From contig JBFMGU010000268.1 in NCBI GenBank assembly GCA_040752415.1, positions 1-14,257 of the forward strand: a stretch of DNA of 14,257 bases, given 5' to 3'. A model generated the notes under the pieces. It had not been told where the DNA came from, ran no database searches, and saw only the letters and a list, made by a program, of their open reading frames with translations. Shown one piece after another: positions 1-8,700 of the stretch. Origin of the DNA: Myxococcota bacterium (GTDB taxonomy: Bacteria > Myxococcota > JACRCW01). The translations under genes and the position numbers were made by a program. Position 1 is the stretch's first letter. Each line of letters opens with the position of its first letter.

Positions 1-782
1 GAGACCGTCTGTGGCACGGGGGCGCGGGGCGGCGCGGGCGGCGCGGCCCGGGGCGCCGGAGGAGGCGGTGGGGGCGGTGCGGCGGCGGGCGGCGGCGCGC
101 GTTTGCCCTCGCGGCGACTGATCTCCCGCTGCTCCGCCTCCCGGATGGCAATGAGCAGGCGCTCCCCCGGGCTGCCGGCGGGCACGAACGCCACCGCGCC
201 CTCCCCCAGCGCCGCCACGATCTGCTGCGGGAAGCTGGGATCATCCACCAGGATGAAGCGCACACTGGGGTGGACCGCCTGCGCGGCCTTCATGAGCTCC
301 AGGCCGGAGAGGTCCCCCAGGTCCAGCGTGGTGACGACGAGATCCGGGCTCAGCGTATCCAGCCCGCTGAGGGCCTCCACGCCGCTCTCCACCACGGTGA
401 CGTCGTAGCCGGAGGTGGCCACGGCGTTGCGGTACATGGCCGCGGCGGCACCGGCCAGCAGGACCCGCAGCGGCGCCCCCAGGACCACCCCGCCCGCCAT
501 CGAGAGCTCGGCGGCGGGAGGGGGAGGCGGCGGTGGCGGCGTGGGGGCGCGGCGGGGCGCGGACGCGGACGCGCCAAACGGATCGAAGTCCAGGGCGTCG
601 TCGGCCGGCGCGGGCGCGCCCACGGGCTGGGGTGGACTCTCCGCGAGGATGTCGTCGAACATCAAGCCGTCCGCGGCCGGAAACCCGGGCGGACCGGCAT
701 TCACCGCTGCGTCCTCATCCTCGTCGATGGAGAAGCCGTCGGTGTCGATGTCGAAGGCGGGGCGCTTGGGATCGGGAGGCAT
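1..782 (-). CDS. Partial (runs off left edge) protein: acidic and Pro-rich N-terminus, atypical receiver (REC-like) domain, Pro/Ala-rich linker
   Basis: Not in the ORF track because it has no stop in the window. Manual minus-strand translation from ATG 782 (in-frame GTG at 785): MPPDPKRPAFDIDTDGFSIDEDED...PLRVLLAGAAAAMYRNAVATSGYDVTVVESGVEALSGLDTLSPDLVVTTLDLGDLSGLELMKAAQAVHPSVRFILVDDPSFPQQIVAALGEGAVAFVP...PPPPPPAP. The GYDV..VESGVEAL...PDLVV..L.L.DLSGLEL pattern is typical of the CheY-like fold. Confidence 0.8.
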   Translation of the reverse strand, partial: MPPDPKRPAFDIDTDGFSIDEDEDAAVNAGPPGFPAADGLMFDDILAESPPQPVGAPAPADDALDFDPFGASASAPRRAPTPPPPPPPPAAELSMAGGVVLGAPLRVLLAGAAAAMYRNAVATSGYDVTVVESGVEALSGLDTLSPDLVVTTLDLGDLSGLELMKAAQAVHPSVRFILVDDPSFPQQIVAALGEGAVAFVPAGSPGERLLIAIREAEQREISRREGKRAPPPAAAPPPPPPPAPRAAPPAPPRAPVPQTV

Positions 783-845
783 CACGGAGGCTCAACGCCG
801 CCCTTCACCAGCGGCAGTGGCGACCCTAACACCTGGCAGCGGACA

Positions 846-881
846 CGCGAAGCCTTTGTACGCCCCCGAAGCGGCTTCGCG
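846..881 (-). terminator. GC-rich hairpin downstream of the small basic gene (possible terminator or mRNA-stabilising stem)
   Basis: Inverted repeat CGCGAAGCC (846-854) / GGCTTCGCG (873-881), about 20 nt past the stop at 901. There is no clear U-tract. Confidence 0.3.
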
Positions 882-900
882 CGCAACCAGTGAGAACCGG

Positions 901-1248
901 TCAGGCCTTCTTGGCGGCCTTGGCCGGGCCCGCCAGGTCCAGCAGGCGCGCGCGGGACAGGCCCTGCAGCTCCTGACGGAGAGCGTCCGCGGCCTTGCCC
1001 GTGGCACCGCGCTTCTCGACGATGGCGCCCACCGCCTTCTCGGTCTTGCCGCCAAAGCGGGCCGTGAACTGATCCTCCACGCGCTTGAGCTTCAGCAGCT
1101 TCGCATTGCTGAGGGTCTTCAGGAACTTCTGGAACTGCTCCTTGGACTGACCCTCCGGGATGTCCATCGTCGACGCGAGCTGGGCCGCCAGCTTCTCCTT
1201 GGTACCGAACTCCGCCTTGACGATGGCCAACGGCGCTTGCCTGGACAT
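901..1248 (-). CDS. Small Lys-rich helical hypothetical protein (115 aa) with a two-fold internal repeat
   Basis: MSRQAPLAIVKAEFGTKEKL...AKAAKKA. ATG at 1248 is preceded by a strong RBS GGAGGAG (1253-1259, minus strand). Codon usage is typical of coding sequence. The 175-aa ORF-track start is probably too far upstream. Confidence 0.8.
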   Translation of the reverse strand: MSRQAPLAIVKAEFGTKEKLAAQLASTMDIPEGQSKEQFQKFLKTLSNAKLLKLKRVEDQFTARFGGKTEKAVGAIVEKRGATGKAADALRQELQGLSRARLLDLAGPAKAAKKA

Positions 1249-1283
1249 GGGACTCCTCCACCACGGGACAAAAAGGGGCGTGC

Positions 1284-1313
1284 TGCCTAGCCACGGACAC
1301 CCTTGCCTGTCAA
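1284..1313 (-). promoter_or_regulatory. Putative sigma70-type promoter for the 1248..901 gene
   Basis: Minus strand has a perfect TTGACA (1313-1308), an 18-bp spacer and TAGGCA (1289-1284, weak -10), about 35 nt upstream of the start codon. Confidence 0.4.
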
Positions 1314-1414
1314 CTGGCGCAGGCGGGATCCGGGCCTTCCAGGCCGCCCGGGTCGGGCCCACGTGGTTGGGGCGGGCTTGCGCGCGGCGGCGCCGGTCCC
1401 GCAGTGTGCGCGTC

Positions 1415-2212
1415 GTGCCGCACGTCACCGTGGATGGACTCCCGGTCCGCTACCGCGAAGAGCCCGGTCCCGCCGGCGCGCCCACGCTGGTCCTGCTGCA
1501 CATGGCTGGCGGCGGCAGCAGCGTCTGGGGACCGGTGGCCAGTCGGCTGGGGCGCCGGTTCCACGTGGTGGCGCCGGACTTCCCCGCGCACGGCCAGTCC
1601 GCGCCCAATCCCCACCTGGATCAGCAGCCCGGCGCCATCACCGGCGTCCACCCGCGCATCACCGCGCTGGCCCGCTGGACGCTGCAACTGATGGATGCGC
1701 TGAAGGTGGAGCGCGCAATTCTCGCCGGACACTCGTTGGGCGGCATGGTGGCGCTGAGCGTGGCGCTGCTGGCGCCGGCGCGGGTGGCGGGGCTGGGACT
1801 GGTGTGCACCAGTGGGCGCTTGCGGCTTGCGCCCGGCCTGCTGGAGGCCATCGAGGCGGACTTCGAGGGCTTTGCCCGGACCTTCACCGCCGCGGCGGTG
1901 CCGGCCAACCTGCCCACCACGGACCGCACGCGCGTGCAGCCCATCTTCCCCCAGGCCAGCAAGGCGGAGGTGCTGGCGGACTTCCGCGCCGTGGACGGGC
2001 TGGATCTGCTGCCGCAGCTGGGCGGGGTGGGCGTGCCGTGCGTCGTGGTGGCGGGGGTGCAGGATGTGCTGACGCCGCTGGCACACGCGGACGATCTGTG
2101 TCGGACGCTCAAGTCCGCGCGCCTGGTGCCGATGGAGGGGTGCGGTCACCTGGCTCCCCGGGAGGCTCCGGCGCGGGTGGCCGAAGCCTTGCTGGCCCTG
2201 GCCGACCGGTAG
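1415..2212 (+). CDS. Alpha/beta fold hydrolase (serine hydrolase)
   Basis: LVLLHMAGG oxyanion region, VVAPDFPAHGQS, nucleophile elbow GHSLGG, acid in AGVQDVLTP and His in GCGHLAP. Start placed at GTG 1415 (MPHVTVDGLPVRY), with GTG 1406 as an alternative. The 1160 start would overlap the divergent gene. Confidence 0.9.
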   Translation: MPHVTVDGLPVRYREEPGPAGAPTLVLLHMAGGGSSVWGPVASRLGRRFHVVAPDFPAHGQSAPNPHLDQQPGAITGVHPRITALARWTLQLMDALKVERAILAGHSLGGMVALSVALLAPARVAGLGLVCTSGRLRLAPGLLEAIEADFEGFARTFTAAAVPANLPTTDRTRVQPIFPQASKAEVLADFRAVDGLDLLPQLGGVGVPCVVVAGVQDVLTPLAHADDLCRTLKSARLVPMEGCGHLAPREAPARVAEALLALADR

Positions 2213-2259
2213 ACGCGGAAGAACAGTGCTGCCACCCGGAGCCACAGACGCGGTCGGGC

Positions 2260-2276
2260 AGCGGAAGCATTCCGCT
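2260..2276. promoter_or_regulatory. Perfect palindrome (operator or hairpin) between the hydrolase and the PqqD gene
   Basis: AGCGGAA-GCA-TTCCGCT, about 32 bp upstream of a TTGACT element. Confidence 0.3.
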
Positions 2277-2308
2277 CACTGCGTTGAAAAGGCAGGGAAA
2301 ATGCCTCG

Positions 2309-2337
2309 TTGACTTGCCCCCATGTCGCTCCTAGAAC
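2309..2337 (+). promoter_or_regulatory. Putative sigma70-type promoter for the PqqD-led cluster
   Basis: TTGACT (2309-2314), 17-bp spacer, TAGAAC (2332-2337), in a locally AT-richer stretch. The -10 lacks the final conserved T. Confidence 0.35.
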
Positions 2338-2669
2338 CACCGGCCGTGCTCCGGCAATTCCTTGTGCAGAACGTTGATACCGCGGCCCGCGTCATTGACG
2401 GGCAGGCCGTGGTGATCACGCCTCATGACGCCGTGCTCCACACCCTCAACGAGGTGGGCACGTTCATCTGGGCGCGCGCCGACGGGAAGCGGACCGTGCA
2501 GGAGATCCTGCAGGACGTGGTGGCGGAATTCGAGGTGCCCCTGGAGGCCGCCACCGAGGACGCGGTGTCTTTTGTGGACACGTGTGTGCGCAAGGGGATC
2601 CTGGAGCTGAGCAGCAGTCCCAGGCCGGTAGACCTGTCCATCATCCACGCGGGGGGGGCCATGCCCTGA
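2322..2669 (+). CDS. Stand-alone PqqD-family protein / RiPP recognition element (RRE)
   Basis: ARVIDGQAVVI...LHTLNEVGTFIWARADGKRTVQEILQDVVAEFEVPLEAATEDAVSFVDTCVRKGIL matches the three-strand plus three-helix PqqD pattern (LNxxGxxIW, DG.RT, EFEV, D..xF). The true start may be GTG 2346 or GTG 2364. Confidence 0.9.
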   Translation: MSLLEPPAVLRQFLVQNVDTAARVIDGQAVVITPHDAVLHTLNEVGTFIWARADGKRTVQEILQDVVAEFEVPLEAATEDAVSFVDTCVRKGILELSSSPRPVDLSIIHAGGAMP

Positions 2670-2764
2670 GGCAAGGTGGTCTGGCCGACGTCGGGGGCGG
2701 CGGTACGCTTCTGACGGGTTGGGTTGCCCCGCTGCCCCACGCGTGTCCCCTGAGGAATGCCATC

Positions 2765-5700
2765 ATGACCATGACCACCGGTTTCCTTCCGTCTCGTTCC
2801 TTTGCCCGCACGCGCGCGCGTCTGGGCACGCTGGCCCTGTCCGTGGGCCTGCTGGGCCTGGGCGCCTGCGAGGGGTGCCCGCTGGTTCCGCCCGGCACGG
2901 AGGACGCCGGCGTGGTGACGCTGCGCGGGCAGCTGTTCTTCTCCGCGCCCTCGGACAACGCCAACCTGACGCTCGCCGACGACGCGGATCCCAGCCAGCC
3001 CGGCTTCCAGGTGCAGGTGGAGGTCCGCGGCCAGGGCGTGGCCGACGGGACGGTGGTGACGTTGAAGGTGGACACGCGCCCCGGGGAGGAGCTGACCGAC
3101 CGGATCAACGGCGGCATCGTGCGGTTCCGTCCCACGCTGGCGGGCGGACCGTTCCCCGGCGGCAAGGCCAACAAGCTGGAGGTGAGCGCGCCCGACGCCG
3201 ACGGCGCGGCCATCACCGTCAAGGTCATCGAGAACACTGCGGCCTCCTGCAGCTTCCGCTCGCCCGCCAACGGCGCCAACCTCTTCACCGACGGGAATAC
3301 CGGTGAGCCGGGGTTCCAGACCGACGTCACCGTGGCGTGCGCCGGCACCACTGTGCAGGCCGAGGGGCCGGTCCGCCTGGAGGTGTTCCAGGGCCTGCAG
3401 ACCACCGGCACGCCGGTGCTGACCGTCCCGCTGGCCTTGTCCAACGGTGAGGCCACGTTCCAATCCGTGACGCTGCCGGAGGGCGACGTGACGCTGCAGG
3501 CTTCCGTGCGCAGCACCTCCGGGCAGCAGGTGGGCCACACCTCCATCCGCGTGCGCGTGGACACCGGACGCTGCGACGCGCAGATCATCTCGCCGCCGGC
3601 GTCGTCGGTGCTCACCACGCAGAACAGCACCGACCTGGATCCCAGCACCCCCGAGACACTGGACCTGAACTTCACGGTGACCAGCGTGCTGTGCCCGGGC
3701 GGCTCCGTCAGCCTGCAGGTCAACGACGCCACCGCCACGGGCAACCTGAGCGCGGGCACCGGGGTGGTGCGCGTGGCGCTGCCGCAGGGAAGCGTGCAGG
3801 TGGTGGCCACCATCGACGACGGGGACGGACCGCGCCAGCCCGGCGACAGCCCCGCGGTCAGCTACACGGTGGACACCCTGGCGCCCTGCCCCGCGCTGAC
3901 CGCTCCCGCCGCCAACGCCATCCTCACCGCCGGCGACGACGAGGAGGTGCCGCCCAACGCCGCCAACGGCGTGACCTACACGCTGCGCGGCACGGTGACC
4001 AACGCGGAGAACACCAGCCAGGTGAACGTGAACGTGCTGCGCGGCATGCAGAGCTTCACGCAGGTGGCCGTGCCGCTGAGCGGCAATGAGTTCAGCCTGC
4101 CGCTGCAGAACATGACCGCCAACCGCTACACGGTGCGGCTGAGCGCGGTGGACACCTACGGCAACGCGTGCAGCGCGCCGGACCAGTCCTTTGACGTCAA
4201 CCTCGACGCGGCGGCGGTGACGGTGGCCATTGTGAATGACACGCAGCCCGCCGACACGAACCTCATCCGCATCGAGGACGCCAGCGCCACCGACGACGGC
4301 ATGCAGGCGGTGGTGCGCGTGCGGCTGCAGAACGCCAATCCCTCCAGCGGGCAGGCTTCCGTGACGCTGGCGCTGGCGGGCGGCGCGCCCATCGAGCTGG
4401 GGCCGGTCACGCTGGCGGGCGACGGGACCGCGGAGTTCACCACCACGCTTGCCGACGGGGACTACTCGGTGGTGGGGGTGGTGTCCTTTGGGGACGGTCG
4501 CCCCGCGGTGGCCACGGTGGCGCCGCTGGACATCACCGTGGACGGCACCCCGCCCGAGCTCAGCCTGCTGCGCCCCGCCGACGGCGTGACCATCAACACC
4601 ACCAGCGTCGACGTGGAAGTGCAGGTCACGGGCACGGACCTCAACGGAAACCCGGTGCTGACCTTTGGCGCCCAGACCCTCAATCCCACCGTGAGCAACG
4701 GCGGCGTGCACGGGTGGACGGTGACGGGGCTGGATACCGCCGCGCCCAACGTCATGGTGGTGAGCGTCTCCGACCTGGCGGGCAACCGCGCGGAGATCAC
4801 GCTGACGGTGAACGTGGACACCACGCCGCCCACCGGGACCCTGTCCGGGCTCAACCCCGACGGCGAGTCGCTGACCCTCTCCACCGACATCCTGCAGCCC
4901 ACCCGCCTGGACATCAGCACCACCGAGGGTGCGCTGGCGCTGGACTACAACAACAACGCCGCCGACGGGCTGCAGTACGGCTTCGCGGTGGAGCTGAGCC
5001 TGGAGGACTGCGCCTCGCTGGGGGCCAACCCGGTGGCGGTGCTGGACCTCCCGGGCAACGACGTCGACGAGGTGGTGGCGCTCACGACGGTGGGCGCGGT
5101 GTGTCGGGGCACGGCCAACAACGGCGGCGCGGGCTACACGCTGCCCGACGGGTTGGGCGAGGCGACCCTCACGCTGGTCGACGTGGCCGGCAACGTCACG
5201 GTGATCACGGTGTACCTGGACGTGTACCGCGCGCCGGCGTTCGTGCGCATTGACTCCCCGCAGGACAACGCGCTGGTGAACGGCAACGGCCTGGTGGTGC
5301 AGGGCAGCACCAACCTGAGCGGCACGGGCACATGCACGTTGGTGGTGGATGGGACCGACGGGCCGAGCGTGGCGCTGGCCAGCTCCCTGGCCTTCCCGGG
5401 CGTCGACATCAACAACGGCGCCAGCGTGCAGCTGCTGGTGCGTTGCGCCAACGCCCAGGAGACGGTGACCAGCCTGCCAGTGACGGTGCTGGCGGATTCC
5501 CTGCCGCCGGCCAACGCGGCGCTGCGCCTCAGCAACGGCACGCCCATCCCGCCCGCGTTCAACCTGGGCTACCGCTCCGAGGGGCAGCTGGGCAGCGGTC
5601 GCTACACGCGCACCATGGCCGTGGAGGTCGACGCGGAGGGTGGTTGCTCCCGCCTGCGCGGCGCGGTGCTGACCACCACCCCGCAGAACACCGTCTACAA

Positions 5701-8700
5701 CGCGCGCGGCGACGGCACGGGCGGCACGTTCTGGCAGTACTCCAGCACGCCCACCGAGCGCTGCACCGCGTTCTTTGACGACGTGGACTTTGGGCTGGAG
5801 AACGAGCCCGGCTTCACCACCACCCTTTCGGCGACGGTGGCGGACAGCGCGGGCAACAGCGCCACGGTGCAGGCCAGCGTGCTCACCGACCAGGTGGCGC
5901 CGGAGCTGGGCCCGCGCACCTCTCCCGTCAACACCGTGCTGGGCTCGTCCGACGACGCGGTGGGCGACCTCAGCGACGGATTCCAGGTCACCTTCACCGT
6001 GCCCATCACCGCCGACGGGCGGGCCGGGACGGTCACGTTCACCTGCAGCGGCAACGACGCCGAGACCAGCTGCCCCGCACCCCAGGTGGTGGCGGCGGAC
6101 GCCACGGAGATCTCCGTCACCGTCACCGTGGCGGACGGCAGTGGCGACGCAAGCGTGACGCTGACGATGGACGTGGTGGACGCGGCTGGGAACGCTTCAA
6201 GCTCGTCGGTGGGGCTGGCCATTGACCTCAGCGCGCCCGTGGCGGGCAACCCCGCGCTCACGCTGGACGACGGGACGCCGCTGCCCACGACGCTCAACGC
6301 CACGATGCCCTCGCAGGTCAGCGGGACGGGGCGCTACCTGCGCGACCTTGGCTTGGAGCTGGACGCGGAGAACGGCGCCTGCGACACGCTGGGGACTCCG
6401 ACGCTGAACGTGAGCAACGTGCAGGGCAACACCGACTACGTGGCGGGTGCATACACGTTGGTGGGCGGCACGCGCTGTCGCGCGCTGTTCGACAACGTGG
6501 ACCTGGGCGACGAGCAGGAGGACGACCTCACCAGCACGCTCACCGTGACCCTGAGCGACGCGGCGGGCAACCGCACGCAGGTGCTGAGCGGAACCGTCGT
6601 CCTCGACGTGGTGGCGCCCCAGTTGGGGACGCCCACGCCCGCGGACGGGACCACGCTGGGTGCGTCAGGCGACTTCGACTCGAACCCGGGGAATGGAATC
6701 CAGGTGCAGCTGAGCGTGCCGCTCTTGAACGCGGATGGTCGGACGGGGGACGCGTCGCTGGCGTGCACCGGGAACGACGGCGAGACGAGCTGCCCCACGG
6801 GACAGGCGGTGGCGGGCAATGCTTCCGACGTGACGCTGCTGGCAACGGTGGCGGACGCGAGCGGCGACGCCAATGTCACGCTGACCCTCACGGTCACCGA
6901 CGGCGCGGGCAACAGCGCGCAGGTGGTGGTGGCCCTCACGGTGGACCTGACCGCGCCGGCGGCCGGCAACGCAGCGGTGGTGCTGGGCGACGGAACGGCG
7001 TTGCCGGCGGCGTTCAACGCGAGTGCGGTCTCGTCGACGGTGGGGAGCGGCCGGTTCACGCAGGACCTGGCGCTGGAGGTGGACGCGGTGAACGGCAGCT
7101 GCGACGACGTGTCCAGCGCGACGTTGACGGCGACGCCGACGCCGGGCGGAACGTCGGTGCTCTACACGGCGGGCTTCACGCTGGTGGGCGCGCGGTGTCG
7201 CGCGGTGTTCCCGGCGGTGGACCTGGGGAGCGAGGGTGACGCGGGAACGGTGAGCACGCTGGATGTCACGGTCACGGACGCGGTGGGCAACACGGCTCCC
7301 GCGGCGTCGACGAGCCTGCTGCTGGACCAGGTGGCCCCCGTGCTCGGCAGCTACACGGCGCCGCGCGCCCTGTTGCTGGGCCTCGCCGACGATGACGACG
7401 ACGTGATCGCCAACGGGTTCCAGCTCACGCTGGATGTGGCCATCACCAACCCCGACGGACGAACGGCGTCGGCGCAGCTGACCTGCACGGAGGGGGCCAA
7501 CCAGACCGCGGGCGAGGTGCAGTGCCCCGCGACGCCGACGAGCCTGACCGCGGGCGCGACCTCTGCCGTCCTCACTGGCATCACCGTCGCGGACGGCAGC
7601 GGGGATGCCAGTCCCACGGTGACCCTGGTGGTTTCCGATGCGGCCGGCAACGTCAGCAACAGCGTGGTGGTGTCCCTGACGCTGGACCTGACAGCCGCTA
7701 CGCTAACGCTCACCAACCCCACCGACCAGCGCCGGTTCAAGGCCGCCGACGACGCGCGGCCCGATCCCGGATTCCAGATGCCGGTGGTGGGCGTTGCCCC
7801 AACCACGTCCGCCAACTCCAGCCTGGAGATTGCCATCAACGGCGGTAGCTTCCAGGAGGCGTGCAATACCGGCGCGGGAACCAATTGCGCCGGTGCCGTC
7901 ACGCTCCCCGACCCGCCGGATGGAACGTACGCCGTGGTGGCTCGGATGCGAGAGCTCTCCGGCAACACCAGCGCTTCCATCAACCGTACCGTCTACGTCG
8001 ACACGCAGGCCCCGGTTGTCACCAGCATCACCGTCGTGGCCGACGTGAGCGGCAACAATGACGGGAAGGGCACGCTGGTGGATGAGAGCGTCGCGAATCA
8101 GGCTGTGGCGGGGTACCAGACGAACATCGTCGTCACGGTGACAGGAGTGGAGGACAACCAGCAGCTGACTCTCAGCACCAACGTGGCGGGCACCAATCCC
8201 CAGACCGCAGCCGTTGTGGGCGGTCAGGTGACCTTCACCGTGACGTTGTTCGATGGGGCCCACACCCTCCAGGCCGCCGTGTCCGACCTGGCTGGCAACC
8301 CGGGGTCGGGCATGCAGGCGTTCCTGGTGGACGTCACCGCGCCTACGGTGAGCATCACCCAGCCCAACCCCTCCACCACCAGCATCCTCACCTCGTCGTC
8401 CGACGCGGATGGCAACAGCGCCACGTCCGGCTACCAGTTCGGCAACGGGGCCTCGGCATTGGTGGCCAGCACGTCCGCCGCGGACGGTGACACGTGCACG
8501 CTCCGCGTCGTCAACGACGGCACGTTCACGCCGGTCGCGACGACGGCGAGCGGAGCTCAGGTCGCGTTTGGGCTCGGCACCCGGGTGCCGGAATCAGCGG
8601 CGCTGGGCGGCACCACCCAGCTGCAGGTGCAGTGCACGGACGCGAATGGGAACGTCGGCGTGTCCAGTGTCTTTGCTCCGCAGGTCGACACGCTGGCGCC

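Noticed and set aside
1..100. GGC/GCG-rich short repeats at the window ends (also 510-560 and 14180-14257)
   Set aside because: They encode Pro/Ala linkers on the minus strand. They are not CRISPR arrays, mobile-element ends or independent repeats.
2582..2764. ORF-track N-terminal extension of the giant protein (and the similar extensions of the hydrolase from 1160 and the rSAM from 12348)
   Set aside because: They overlap neighbouring genes. The downstream starts give a proper signal peptide, RBS or domain boundary.
2423..4711. Long minus-strand ORFs (762 aa here; also 9065-10360, 10400-11434, 1310-2245, 12258-13214) and alternate-frame plus ORFs such as 270-893, 415-1290 and 1303-2334
   Set aside because: These are shadow ORFs typical of high-GC coding DNA. 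They have biased, low-complexity compositions, no motifs, and overlap well-supported genes.
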